64,000 nt of DNA from Nitrospirota bacterium (GTDB lineage Bacteria; Nitrospirota; UBA9217): assembly GCA_021814615.1 (NCBI GenBank), contig JAKAHZ010000004.1, forward strand, positions 6,246 to 70,245, read 5' to 3'. Made by a program: the position numbers and the translations under genes. Positions 51,013-61,506 of the stretch are shown here, piece after piece (position 1 is the stretch's first letter; every line of letters starts with the position of its first letter). The notes under the pieces were generated by a model. That model did no database searches. It saw only the letters and a program-made list of their open reading frames with translations, and was not told the DNA's origin.

Positions 51013-54000
51013 TTGCCGATCAGTCGGCGAAGCACTAGGAGGAACCGTATTATGGATCGTCGGAAACACGTATCACTCTGGACGTTGACTGCCCTTATCA
51101 TCGCACTATCCCTTATTCTCACCGCATGCGGAGGCGGAGGGGGCGGCGGCGGAAGCACTGACGGCACGACGTCGGGCTCGACCAACACAACCACGTCGAC
51201 GGGTCCCACGGGAACGAATCCCGATGTCATTCCCGCGGGCCAGGCCAAGATCACCGGCACCATCCAGCCCGATCCGGCGGACACCTCGGCCAACGGCCAG
51301 CAGGCCGGCGCATCGGTCTATGTCATCGGTCAGCAGAACAATGCTGCGACCGCTGACGCGAACGGCAATTTCACCCTCACCGTCGACGCTACGCTCACCG
51401 GCACGATCCTGCAGGCCCCGTCGTTCTGGGCCAAGATCTTCGGCGCAACGGCGACGGCCAAGCAGTTCGGCCTCGTGGTGCTGAGCTCGGCAAAAGGCCA
51501 CGGCAAGAAGACCGAGGTACAGGTGACCGAAGGCCAGGTTAATACGCTCAACACGATCTACATCAACACGGTGGGCCAGATCTCGGGCAAGGCATTCCTC
51601 CAGGGCCAGGCGGACCACACAGGCATCCGCGTCTACATCCCCGGCACCTCCTTCCAGGCAACGACCGACGCTGCGGGCAACTATGTGATGAGCAACGTAC
51701 CGTCGGGCAGCTACGACCTGGTTCGCGCGGACTATCCGGGGACTGTGTATCACTATGCCGTGGTCGCGAAAGTTACGGTCAGCACGAACGCAACAACGAC
51801 GCTGCCCGATATGCTCCTGCAGACCAATGTGGGTGCAAGCGGCAGCGTGTTGATCAATAATGGAGCCGCATACACGACTTCAGCCGCAGTGAAGCTCTCC
51901 ATTGCGCCAACGGATAGTGCAGTGCTGATGGCGGTGTCCGAAGACGCATCTTTTACCGGCACGCTGACCTGGGAGCCCGTGACGCCGACGAAGAACTATA
52001 CCTTCTCCGGTTCTTATTCCCCGGGGAAAACTGCGAACATCTATGTGAAATTCGCCGACATGAGCGGTCTTCCTACCGCGGGGTCTGCTTCCGCTTCCAT
52101 CTATATTGACACCGATCCGAAGGCGACGGTTACTGCGCCGGTGAATGCGGGCACCATCGCAAACACGAAGCCCCAGCTTTCCTGGTCCTATACACCGCCC
52201 ATGCCGAGCCCCAAATACCACGTGCAGGTGGCTACCGATGCTGCTTTTGCGTCGATTGTGGCCGGCCAGGATCAGACAAACTTGACCCAGGCGCAGTACA
52301 CGCTCTCATCGGCGATTCAGCAGGGGACCTATTACTGGCGGGTAGCAATCATCGATAGCGCCGGTACGCAATGGAACTGGGCGGGACCCTGGTCCTTCAC
52401 GATCAACCTGAGCTCGGTTACCCAGAACGCTCCTGCGAACGGCAGCTTCACCATGGTTACGACGCCCACGCTGACCTGGAGCGCCAACCCGAATGCAGCC
52501 TCCTACATCGTGAGCCTGGCGACAAACTCGGCGCTTACCGGCAGCACGACGTTTACGACCGCGCAGACCAGTTACACGCTTCCCGCGCAGGCAGACGGAA
52601 CGTATTATTGGGCAGTCACGCCGGTAGATATCTTCAGCATCCAGGGAACCCGTTCCACGGTATGGAGCCTGGTGATCGACACGACGGCGCCGGCGGGCAG
52701 CGTCGTGATCAATGAGAAACCGCTGGTCAGCAGCACGAGCTCGACCATGGGTGCGACGGTCACGCTCCAGCTCTCGGCAACCGACACCTACGGCGTTGCG
52801 GCGTACTTTACCCGGGGGTATATCGGCACACCGCCGCTTGCGGATGATCCGGGTTGGGTCTCTATCACGAACGCTCCCACGAACTATTCCGCACCGAATG
52901 TTTCGTTCACACTTTCTGCGGGGAGTGGTGTGAAATACGCTTATGTGTGGTTCAAAGACCAGGCAGGCAACGTCTCGGCTTCGCCGGTTTCGGACACAAC
53001 CAAGCAGATTGCCTTTTCTGCAATGACCGCGTACTCGAACGCCGCCAGGGATGTCGGCAAGTATCCAACCATGAAGATCGACAGCGGTGGCCGGCCCTAT
53101 CTTGGCTATTACGATTTGGATACCGCGACAGGGTTCGGCAGGCTTTCGTATACGCTTGTCACGAGCATAAGCAACTTCCCTAATATGAGCTGGAATACTC
53201 CGAATGTCGTCGACAGCCAGGCGAATACAGACATCGGGAGATGGTCGTCGATGGTTGTGGTCCCGAACTATGCGTTCTTCAGCTACCATGACGTTACGAA
53301 CACCAAACTGAAATTCGCCAGTTGCGTCTTGTCGTGCACGACCTACACGGTTGACTCCGGTTCATTCAGGAACCTCGGAAGATACTCTTCCCTGGCAATT
53401 CAGTCCGGAGCGACCTATACCGCACATATCAGCTATCTCGACTATAATGGCGGTGGACCGAATACCAATTTGAAATATGCCGCCGGCTTGAATAGTTCCT
53501 GGACTGTTACAACCCTTGATAGCACCACCAATGCTACGACTGCCAGTGTGAATGATCCTACGTCGATAGCCCTCGACGTAAACAATAAGGCGCATATCAG
53601 TTACACCGGCGGGGGGATCTGGGCGCTGAAATACGCCACAAACTCGTCCGGTACGTGGACGGTAAATCAGCTGGACTCGAAGGGATATAAATCGGCAATC
53701 GCGGTCGAGGCAACAACACCTCCCAAGGTTCATATCAGCTATTCGGGGACGGGAGGTATCAAATATGCCACCAATGCATCCGGTTCCTGGGTCACGACCG
53801 TCGTTGACGGAACAACTACAGCCGGCGCCGAGAAGACGGGTATTTTCATCGATGACCTCGGCTATGTACACATTGTGTATGTCTCGTCATTCAACGGGGA
53901 TCTGATGTATGCCACGAATAGATACGGTTCATGGACCCCTGTCCTGATCAATCCATCGTCGGCAACGTCAACTTTCGAGTCGCCGTCAATTGTGATCGAT

Positions 54001-54105
54001 ATGTCGACAGATATAATGTATGGGTTCAAACACAACTATGTACATATTGGTTACTATGATAGCTTTAACAAGAAAGCGATGCATTCCTACACGCAGTTGC
54101 CGTAG
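51013..54105 (+). CDS. Large surface lipoprotein paralog 2 (same N-terminal architecture, divergent C-terminal propeller with HI.Y...LKYATN repeats)
   Basis: Lipobox LILTAC followed by GGGGGGGG. N-terminus near-identical at protein level to paralog 1. Different C-terminal repeat family. Confidence 0.75.
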   Translation: MPISRRSTRRNRIMDRRKHVSLWTLTALIIALSLILTACGGGGGGGGSTDGTTSGSTNTTTSTGPTGTNPDVIPAGQAKITGTIQPDPADTSANGQQAGASVYVIGQQNNAATADANGNFTLTVDATLTGTILQAPSFWAKIFGATATAKQFGLVVLSSAKGHGKKTEVQVTEGQVNTLNTIYINTVGQISGKAFLQGQADHTGIRVYIPGTSFQATTDAAGNYVMSNVPSGSYDLVRADYPGTVYHYAVVAKVTVSTNATTTLPDMLLQTNVGASGSVLINNGAAYTTSAAVKLSIAPTDSAVLMAVSEDASFTGTLTWEPVTPTKNYTFSGSYSPGKTANIYVKFADMSGLPTAGSASASIYIDTDPKATVTAPVNAGTIANTKPQLSWSYTPPMPSPKYHVQVATDAAFASIVAGQDQTNLTQAQYTLSSAIQQGTYYWRVAIIDSAGTQWNWAGPWSFTINLSSVTQNAPANGSFTMVTTPTLTWSANPNAASYIVSLATNSALTGSTTFTTAQTSYTLPAQADGTYYWAVTPVDIFSIQGTRSTVWSLVIDTTAPAGSVVINEKPLVSSTSSTMGATVTLQLSATDTYGVAAYFTRGYIGTPPLADDPGWVSITNAPTNYSAPNVSFTLSAGSGVKYAYVWFKDQAGNVSASPVSDTTKQIAFSAMTAYSNAARDVGKYPTMKIDSGGRPYLGYYDLDTATGFGRLSYTLVTSISNFPNMSWNTPNVVDSQANTDIGRWSSMVVVPNYAFFSYHDVTNTKLKFASCVLSCTTYTVDSGSFRNLGRYSSLAIQSGATYTAHISYLDYNGGGPNTNLKYAAGLNSSWTVTTLDSTTNATTASVNDPTSIALDVNNKAHISYTGGGIWALKYATNSSGTWTVNQLDSKGYKSAIAVEATTPPKVHISYSGTGGIKYATNASGSWVTTVVDGTTTAGAEKTGIFIDDLGYVHIVYVSSFNGDLMYATNRYGSWTPVLINPSSATSTFESPSIVIDMSTDIMYGFKHNYVHIGYYDSFNKKAMHSYTQLP

Positions 54106-54174
54106 CCAAAGTAGCGTCAAGAGAAATATTTATTAACCCGACGTCGTCGGATATGGCATCGCAATAGCTGAATG

Positions 54175-54209
54175 AAAAGCCCGGGAGAATATCTCCCGGG
54201 CTTTTCTTG
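54175..54209 (+). terminator. Rho-independent terminator after paralog 2
   Basis: Hairpin gcccgggaga-atat-ctcccgggc followed by ttttcttg. Confidence 0.7.
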
Positions 54210-54307
54210 TTTCAGGTCCTTTTCACCGGGAATTATCACTTGACCTTCCGGGCGACTTGTTCAATAATAGCAGCCATCTCTAATGTACCCTGTCTTGGGG
54301 AGGGACC

Positions 54308-57280
54308 ATGAACCGGATGAAAATACCCTCGACACTGTTAACGCTGCTTCTTGTGCTGATCGTCGGCTCTGTTCTTTCCGCCTGCGGCGGCGGGGGAGGA
54401 GGAGGCGCGACGGGTTCGGGCGGAGACGGCACGAACAGCTCCGGCACGGGAACCGGCGGCAACGGGGGGCAGTCGCTGACCACTGGCCAGGCGCAGATCA
54501 CCGGCACGGTCCAGCCTGATCCGGCCGATGCAACCGCGAACGGACAGAATGCGAATGCCACCGTGTACGTGGTCGGCCAGCAGGACAAGGCGGTCACGAC
54601 CGACGCAAACGGCAATTTCACGTTGACCATGGATACGACCCTGTCCGGCACGATCCTCAAAGCCAAGTCGTTCTGGGCGTCGATCTTCGGCGCTTCCGCA
54701 GCGACCAAACAGTACGGTCTCGTGGTCATCAGCAATGCCCTGGGGCATGGTCACAAGACCGAGGTCGATGTGGTCGACGGACAGGTCAACACGCTGTCCA
54801 CGATCTATATCAATACCGTAGGCTCCATCAGCGGAAAAGCCTTCCTGCAGGGAGCGACCGATCATACGGGGATCACCGTCTACATCCCCGGGACGTCCTT
54901 TATCGCTATGACGGCGGCCGACGGTTCCTACAGGATCACGAATGTCCCGTCGGGAACCTACGATTTCGTCCGTGCGGAGAAGCTGGGCAGCACCTACCAT
55001 TATGCGATCACCTCGAAGGTGACGGTTACGACGAACGCCAATACGGTCCTGCCCGATATGCTGCTGCACCTTTCGGCCGGACCCAACGGCGCCGTCCTGA
55101 TAAACGGCGGAGCCGCATATACGACATCCACAAGCGTGCAGCTGTCGATCGCTTCCAGCGACAACGCGGTCCTGATGATGACCTCCCAGGACAACACCTT
55201 CGCTGGAGTCACCTGGGAGCCGGTCGCCGCGTCGAAGCCCATGAACTGCATCGGCAATTTCGACGGCGGCGGCACGTGCACGGTCTACGCGCGGTTCGCC
55301 GAAGCGAGCGGTCTGGAAAGCACCCCTGTCTCGGCTTCCATCGTGATCGACACCAAGCCTCTCGTGACCTCGACGACCGGTACGGTCATCGGCAGCTCCA
55401 AGCCGACGTTGACCTGGACCTATGGACTTGCCATGCCCAATCCCCAGTATCACATCCAGATTGCGTCAGATGCGGCATTTGCGAACATCGTGGATGATCA
55501 GACGACCACGGCGAATACGGCGCAGTATACCTATGCCAAGACCACGCCGCTCGCAAACCTCACGCCCTATTACTGGCGGGTGTCGATGATCGACGCATCG
55601 GGCCATGAATGGGGCTGGGCCGGACCGTGGCAGTTCACGGTCGATCTCGGGACCGTGTCACTCTTGTCACCGGCCGACGGTACGGGCAGCGTGAGCTGGA
55701 TCAACGATACTACGCCCACATTCACCTGGCAGGCGAATGCGAAGGCCGCGTCGTACAGCTTCCTGTTGAAAGACAAAAACAGCAATATAGTGGCTAACGT
55801 CTCCGGCATAACGGCGACCTCCTATACCCAGCCCACGCCCCTTGCAAATGGAAGCGGCTACTCATGGAACGTAACGCCCGTGGATGCCTACGGCGTCCCC
55901 GGGACCCCGTCGAGCACCTGGGTCATGAATATTTCCACGTACGTCCCGGGCGGATCGCCGACGGTCACGATCAACAGCGGGAATCCTATCACATCATCGA
56001 CCAACGTGACGGTGACCGTGGCAGGAACCGTGATGGACATGCCGGGGCCCAAGATCGACGGATGGTACATCTCGGAAACGAACGTTGCCCCCGACCCGGC
56101 TGCATCGGGCTGGATCGCCATCGCGACGCCCAAATCGACCTGGAGCGGCGGAACGTCGCAGTACACCATGAGCGCTTCCGGCGGGCTTAAGACTCTCTAT
56201 GTGTGGTACAAGGACAATGCGGGCAATGTGGGTGGACCAAGAACAGGAACCATTCAGATGCTGAACTTCGTGATCAGCACGGTCGACGGCGGGGCCGGCT
56301 CGAACGTCGGATCGAATGTCAGGATGTCGTCGGCGAACGGCACCGTGCAGATGAGCTACTATGATTCAACCAACCAGCGGATGAAATACGCCAAGCTCGT
56401 CTCGGGAACGACCTGGTCGATCGTCTCGTCTGCCCCAACGACGACCATCAAATGCGAATCACTGGCCGTGGAAAGCGGAGGAAAAGTGCATCTGAGCTGC
56501 ACGAGGAGTACCGGCATCGGCGGCGAGCTATGGTACCTGGCCACGAATGCCTCGGGCGTCTGGCAGGCGCCGGTGCTTGTGGACAACAGCTCCATGAACA
56601 TGGGATACGGATCGATCGTAGTGGACGGCTCCGGCTTCGCTCATATCAGCTATGCGGACATTATCAACGGAGCGTTGAAATACGCGACGAACAAGAGCGG
56701 CAGCTGGCAGACCCAGGCCATCGAAGGATCGACCTCGAACCGCGTGGGCGTGGATTCATCGATCGTCACCGACAATTCCAATACGGTGCATATCGGTTAC
56801 TACGATACGACGAACATGCGGCTGAAGTATGCCAAGGGTGTCTATAGCTCCTGGACCTATACGGCGATCGTGTCCGCGAAAACCACGACCGACGTGGGCC
56901 AGAAGCCGTCGCTGGCGATCGACAAGACAACAGGGACGCTGCACCTCACCTATGACAATACGACGAGCGGCTCGGTGCAGTACATAGCCGACCCGTCGTC
57001 AGTCTGGGGTTCGCCGGTGACCCTGGGGACTCCGGGAACGACCAGCGCGGTGTTCTTCGATCCCGTCACATCAGCGATCCATGTGACCTTCTATAATGCG
57101 ACGAACCAGGACCTCTATTATGCGACCAATGCGTATGGAGGGAAATGGGGCGTCGCCCCGGTTGACACGGCCGGATTCGTCGGCGGAGACAATGCCCTGA
57201 CCGTCACGAGCGACGGGACCGTGCATATCGGATACTGGGACAATACGACCGGTTCGCTCAAGTATGCGCACGTGCCCTGA
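54308..57280 (+). CDS. Large surface lipoprotein paralog 3
   Basis: Lipobox VLSAC followed by GGGGGGG. Same N-terminal domains. C-terminal repeats H[IL].Y.D..N..LKYA. Confidence 0.75.
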   Translation: MNRMKIPSTLLTLLLVLIVGSVLSACGGGGGGGATGSGGDGTNSSGTGTGGNGGQSLTTGQAQITGTVQPDPADATANGQNANATVYVVGQQDKAVTTDANGNFTLTMDTTLSGTILKAKSFWASIFGASAATKQYGLVVISNALGHGHKTEVDVVDGQVNTLSTIYINTVGSISGKAFLQGATDHTGITVYIPGTSFIAMTAADGSYRITNVPSGTYDFVRAEKLGSTYHYAITSKVTVTTNANTVLPDMLLHLSAGPNGAVLINGGAAYTTSTSVQLSIASSDNAVLMMTSQDNTFAGVTWEPVAASKPMNCIGNFDGGGTCTVYARFAEASGLESTPVSASIVIDTKPLVTSTTGTVIGSSKPTLTWTYGLAMPNPQYHIQIASDAAFANIVDDQTTTANTAQYTYAKTTPLANLTPYYWRVSMIDASGHEWGWAGPWQFTVDLGTVSLLSPADGTGSVSWINDTTPTFTWQANAKAASYSFLLKDKNSNIVANVSGITATSYTQPTPLANGSGYSWNVTPVDAYGVPGTPSSTWVMNISTYVPGGSPTVTINSGNPITSSTNVTVTVAGTVMDMPGPKIDGWYISETNVAPDPAASGWIAIATPKSTWSGGTSQYTMSASGGLKTLYVWYKDNAGNVGGPRTGTIQMLNFVISTVDGGAGSNVGSNVRMSSANGTVQMSYYDSTNQRMKYAKLVSGTTWSIVSSAPTTTIKCESLAVESGGKVHLSCTRSTGIGGELWYLATNASGVWQAPVLVDNSSMNMGYGSIVVDGSGFAHISYADIINGALKYATNKSGSWQTQAIEGSTSNRVGVDSSIVTDNSNTVHIGYYDTTNMRLKYAKGVYSSWTYTAIVSAKTTTDVGQKPSLAIDKTTGTLHLTYDNTTSGSVQYIADPSSVWGSPVTLGTPGTTSAVFFDPVTSAIHVTFYNATNQDLYYATNAYGGKWGVAPVDTAGFVGGDNALTVTSDGTVHIGYWDNTTGSLKYAHVP

Positions 57281-57302
57281 TCGGTGGGTCAATTCGTCTC
57301 CC

Positions 57303-57330
57303 TGAGGGGCCTTCGGGCCCCTTTTTTATT
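57303..57330 (+). terminator. Rho-independent terminator after paralog 3 (same hairpin as after paralog 1)
   Basis: Hairpin gaggggcc-ttcg-ggcccc followed by ttttttatt. Confidence 0.8.
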
Positions 57331-57414
57331 CTGGCGAGGAGCGCTAGCAGAACAACAGGTATTGCGCGAGTCCCACGAGGAAGACGAGCAGAAAAGGGCG
57401 CGAGGGCGGAATGT

Positions 57415-58059
57415 TCAGAGCCTCATATCTCGGTCGCTGATCGGCTGGAAAGGACGGGCGCAATGGCCCGTGAATTCATTGAACTCCTGCACAAAGGCAA
57501 GGAATGCATCGCTATCGATGCACCCGTCCTTGATGAAAGGATGGCGACGGTTTGACCGGACGTGGTCCAAGTCCCGGCGCAAAGCATCGGAAAGAGCAAG
57601 CTCCTGAAATTCCCGTTCAGCCGCCGGAGACAGACCCGCCAGGTCCGTGTCCTTGCGCTTCGGATTGTTCTTGATGGCCTGGATCTTCAGACCGATGATA
57701 TCTTCAGGTAGCAATACGCGTATTTTGGCCGTTCCTCCGTAAATGTCCCGTTCCACCGCCCTCGACAGCATGGCCATGCTCACTTCGCGGAATGCGTGAA
57801 TCATATCGACTTCTCCGAAGGCGGCGATGGGTGACCGGTACTGGGAGACGTTCTCCGTTCTGTACTCGAGGCGGTAGCCCAGCTCTTCCATGATTGTGTC
57901 GATCCTGGCCAGATCCTGCCGCGCCACGAGAAAATCAATATCGATAGTGGCCCTGCCGACGCCCCAGAGGCCCAGAGCGAAACCGCCCATCAGTCCGTAG
58001 GCGACAGACTGATCTTGAAACCGGCTGATCAGGTTCGAAATGACCGTTCGGAAGTCCAT
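57415..58059 (-). CDS. Nucleotidyltransferase-fold protein (AbiEii/DUF6036-like), putative
   Basis: YGLMGGFALGLWGVGRATIDIDFLV resembles a minimal nucleotidyltransferase GS..D.D motif. Confidence 0.35.
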   Translation of the reverse strand: MDFRTVISNLISRFQDQSVAYGLMGGFALGLWGVGRATIDIDFLVARQDLARIDTIMEELGYRLEYRTENVSQYRSPIAAFGEVDMIHAFREVSMAMLSRAVERDIYGGTAKIRVLLPEDIIGLKIQAIKNNPKRKDTDLAGLSPAAEREFQELALSDALRRDLDHVRSNRRHPFIKDGCIDSDAFLAFVQEFNEFTGHCARPFQPISDRDMRL

Positions 58060-58114
58060 AGATTCGCTCGACCTTCAAACCTTACTATAAACAGCGTGAA
58101 ATGGCAAGAGACGT

Positions 58115-59314
58115 TCACCGCATTGCATATTGTGCGAGTCCCACGAGGAAGACGAGCAGCACGGGAAGGTAGAGCAGCCGGTAGGTGCCGGCAAGGTCGG
58201 CTTTGAAGTAGCGGGCTGTGAGCAGGAGACAGAGGTGCGTGGGCGAGAGCATGATCCCGGCAAAGCCGCTGGCGAAGGCGAAGGTGACCGTGGACGGATC
58301 GGGATGGCCGCCGGTCATGGCGACCACGAGCGGGAAGGTGGATCCCACGAAGGCCACGGTCACGCCGGTCAACAGCCCCACGATGAAAGGCAGGGCGAAG
58401 AACACGGCGGCAGGCGGCATGCCGCTTTCGCGGAAGAAACGGGGCAGGGAATCGATGGCGCCCGATGCGTCGAGCATGCCCTTGTAGGCCATGACGCCCA
58501 GCACCATGACGATGATGTTCAGCGAGATGCTTTCCTTGAGCGCCGTGCCCATCTCCTTCCAGGAATACCGGTAGACCGCGAAGAGCGCGATAACGATCAC
58601 CGTCATCGCCGGGGACAGGCCGAGTCCGGCAAAGGCCACGAGCACCACGGCTCCCGCGATAGGCAGGAGGGCGAGTGCCAGGTCGAGGACGTCCTTTCTG
58701 CTCCTTGTTCCTTCCACGCGATGCCCCTCCACGCCTCGGAAACAGAGGAACGCCCCGACCAGGACGAGCGCAAGGGGCAGGGGCGACTGCGACAGCATGA
58801 ACCGGTTCACGGGAATGTGCGTGATCGCGGCGGCAAGGATCACGCCGGGGTAGAGGGGCGAGAAATATTCCCAGGGATGGCGGAACCAGTAGTTGATCAA
58901 GGCTCGCCGCTCGGGCGAGACGGTGCTCGTTCCGGCGGCCTCCTGGACCAGGGGCGCGGAGAAGGCTGCGCCGCCGGCCGAAGGCAGGAGGCCGATGATC
59001 CCGGGAAGGACCGCCATGGAGACCCGTCGGTCACGTGCGATTGCGGACAGGGACTCCGTCATCTGCCTGAGCAGGCCCCGTTTCCGGATGATGTTCTCGA
59101 CCACCATGATCAACACCAGTCCGCCGACGAGGTTCAGGGTCACGGGATCGACGCTTGATCCGGCGAACACGGCCAGCTGATCCATCGGGCCGATGCTGTA
59201 GAGCGCTCCCAGGAAGACGGATGCCGCGAGCATGACCCAGCCGAGGTTCCAGCGGAACCGGAGCAGGCTTACGATGAGGATGAAGGACAGGACGATCTTG
59301 ACGAGGTCGATCAC
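58115..59314 (-). CDS. DUF401 family polytopic membrane protein
   Basis: About 10 TM segments. A GTG start overlaps the TonB-like stop (GTGA). The long 687-aa ORF in this frame runs on through the TonB-like gene region in another frame and is not real. Confidence 0.5.
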   Translation of the reverse strand: MIDLVKIVLSFILIVSLLRFRWNLGWVMLAASVFLGALYSIGPMDQLAVFAGSSVDPVTLNLVGGLVLIMVVENIIRKRGLLRQMTESLSAIARDRRVSMAVLPGIIGLLPSAGGAAFSAPLVQEAAGTSTVSPERRALINYWFRHPWEYFSPLYPGVILAAAITHIPVNRFMLSQSPLPLALVLVGAFLCFRGVEGHRVEGTRSRKDVLDLALALLPIAGAVVLVAFAGLGLSPAMTVIVIALFAVYRYSWKEMGTALKESISLNIIVMVLGVMAYKGMLDASGAIDSLPRFFRESGMPPAAVFFALPFIVGLLTGVTVAFVGSTFPLVVAMTGGHPDPSTVTFAFASGFAGIMLSPTHLCLLLTARYFKADLAGTYRLLYLPVLLVFLVGLAQYAMR

Positions 59315-60174
59315 CGGACGTAGGCCTCGCTCAGGTAGAAGAGAACGGCGGCGCGGATGGAATACCTTTCCATTTTCCAATCGTCGGGAAGGGGCTGGAA
59401 GGGAGCTGCATTCCTGATGGCGCGCAGGGCTTCGTCGTCCAGGATCTTGTAGCCCGACGATTTGAGCAGCTCCAGGTCGCCGAGGGACCCGTCTTTCATG
59501 ATGTCGAATTTTATGTACAGCGTCCCCTGGAGGCCCGACATGGCGGCTAGTTCGGGGTATTTGAGCACGCTCTCGACCTTGATCTTGAGCCACCGGTTGT
59601 AGGACATGAACTTGAACTCGTTCGTGTCCAGGGTCACCGAATTCTCGCCGGGCTTGCTGTCGGGCATGCCCTTTTTCGCCAACTCGTCGATGTCCGTCTG
59701 GGAAAGGAAGGGAAGCGGCCCTCCTTTCTCGTAAGGCGTTACGCCTTCCGTTCCTTTCCTGCCTTTGCCGGTCTCGGATTTGCCCTGTTCGCTTCCTTCC
59801 GGCCTGCCGAGCGCCGGCTTGGTCTTCGGCACCGACACGTCGGGCGCATCGCCGAACTGCTTGGGCGCCGGAATGTTCCGGGGCGGAAGGATCTGCTCCG
59901 GTTGGACCGGCTGCGGAGGCACCGGCGGCAGGGGGACCGCCTTCGGCACGGGCTGCACCTTGGGAGGCTGGAGGGGGGGGAGCTTGCGGATCACGTCCTT
60001 CGGCAGATCGACGATGTCCACCGGCAAGATCTCGAGCGGCTTCGTCATGCGCCCGGCCAGGAAGAGGATCGATGCGAAGAAGAGGAGGTGCAGGCCGACC
60101 GAGGCGGCGATGAATCGGCTGAAGTGTGGGGAGCGGAACATGGGTTCTGGGGGAACGGGGATAGGCCCGATCAA
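59311..60174 (-). CDS. TonB-family energy transducer (N-terminal TM, Pro-rich spacer, TonB_C domain)
   Basis: TM segment FIAASVGLHLLFFASILFLAG. PxP-rich spacer (QPPKVQPVPKAVPLPPVPPQPVQPEQ). C-terminal GTLYIKFDI...GYKILDDEALRAIRNAAPFQPLP. Confidence 0.75.
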   Translation of the reverse strand: MIGPIPVPPEPMFRSPHFSRFIAASVGLHLLFFASILFLAGRMTKPLEILPVDIVDLPKDVIRKLPPLQPPKVQPVPKAVPLPPVPPQPVQPEQILPPRNIPAPKQFGDAPDVSVPKTKPALGRPEGSEQGKSETGKGRKGTEGVTPYEKGGPLPFLSQTDIDELAKKGMPDSKPGENSVTLDTNEFKFMSYNRWLKIKVESVLKYPELAAMSGLQGTLYIKFDIMKDGSLGDLELLKSSGYKILDDEALRAIRNAAPFQPLPDDWKMERYSIRAAVLFYLSEAYVR

Positions 60175-60301
60175 TCATCGTACAATATCAACAACTACAC
60201 CAAACTATACCGCGAAGTCGCGAAGGACGCTAAGGGGAGTCCGGTTTTTTCCGAATTTTCCCCATCCGCGTCCAGGAGAAGGGTTTGTTTCTTCGCCGTA
60301 T

Positions 60302-61345
60302 CTAAAGCTTCTTCTGCATTTGGTCTGATACTTCCCGCGTGAGCCGAAGGATCGCTTCGGCCTTTTCGGGAGTCAGGCTGCCCATGCCGCACGACGGCGT
60401 GATCAGGGCCTGACGCAGGATCGTCGCCCGGCTGACGCCTGCTGCTTCCAGCTTCCGCATGCTCCCTTCGAGCAGGGTGATGAGGCTTTCGGCGGTCTCG
60501 TTTCCGGTGAAGGCGCCGGTGGGAACGATGCCCCAGGCAAGGCTGCCGCCCCGCTCCAGGAATGCCTTGATCGCCGCGGGATAGAGCAGCACGCGTTCGG
60601 CGTATCCGAAGGCGTCGAAATTGACGATATCGACGTTCGTCCCGAAGATCATCGGCCAGTCAGCGTTGCCGCAGCAGTGAATGCCCGCGATGCCGCCCAG
60701 CTCGTGGATGAGCCCGATGATCTCGTTCAGTTTTTCCGCCACCATCTCCGGCGATGCGGCGGAAAACGCCGATCCCAGCGATTCCATGGCGGGTTCGTCG
60801 ATGAAGATGATCACCGGCAGGCCGAAGGGCTTGAAGGTCTCGATCTGCCAGGCGGCCTTCATGGCAAGGCCCTTGACCACGGCGTCGAAGACCACGTCGT
60901 TATGGATGATGTCCTTGCCCGTCTCGTCCTTGAAGGAGATGCCCGCGGTCAGGGGGCCGGTGATGTGGCCTTTCAGGAACCGCGCGCCCTTCGGCAGCCC
61001 TTTTTTGATTGTCCGCAAAAAGCCGTAGAACCCCGCGGCATAGGTTTCGGTGATCCGGAAATAGCCGTAGTCCTTCTGGATGTAGCGCTCGAAGAACTTC
61101 TCGAGCGCCGGCGTGAGATCTCCCGAAGTGTCGAAAGAGAACCGCTGCTTTGTTTCGTCGATCACGAGGCCGGGCAGGGACTCGCTGTACTGGCCGTCCA
61201 TGTGCTCCCGGAAGCCGAGCTTCGGGAGCTGCGGCCAGATGGGCGCTTCGGGCAGATAGCGGATCGAGAGCGCTGCGGCCTGGTCAGGATCTGCGACAGG
61301 CAGGCTTCCGATGCCGGTGGCAAGACAGTTGAACTCGGTGGTCAT
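60302..61345 (-). CDS. URO-D/MetE-like (cobalamin-independent methionine synthase-like) family protein
   Basis: TIM-barrel methyltransferase-like pattern with an IHCCGN zinc-site-like motif. Start taken at the internal MTTEFN. Confidence 0.4.
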   Translation of the reverse strand: MTTEFNCLATGIGSLPVADPDQAAALSIRYLPEAPIWPQLPKLGFREHMDGQYSESLPGLVIDETKQRFSFDTSGDLTPALEKFFERYIQKDYGYFRITETYAAGFYGFLRTIKKGLPKGARFLKGHITGPLTAGISFKDETGKDIIHNDVVFDAVVKGLAMKAAWQIETFKPFGLPVIIFIDEPAMESLGSAFSAASPEMVAEKLNEIIGLIHELGGIAGIHCCGNADWPMIFGTNVDIVNFDAFGYAERVLLYPAAIKAFLERGGSLAWGIVPTGAFTGNETAESLITLLEGSMRKLEAAGVSRATILRQALITPSCGMGSLTPEKAEAILRLTREVSDQMQKKL

Positions 61346-61506
61346 TACGGCGTCCTTTCTCGCTCTGTTTTTTATTATATAAGCCGCTCCGGTAAAATAC
61401 AACTTAATCTTGACGGATTCATGCTGAAGCGCGAGCCAGACCGTTTTCCCCGATGGAGGAAGCAAAAAAACTTTACACCACGTGCCGGACCCGGTAATAT
61501 CCTGCC

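Noticed and set aside
58115-60178. Single 687-aa ORF
   Set aside because: The N-terminal ~290 aa are Arg/Pro-rich out-of-frame translation of the TonB-like gene. The region is better explained as a TonB-like gene (59311..60174) plus a GTG-initiated DUF401 gene.
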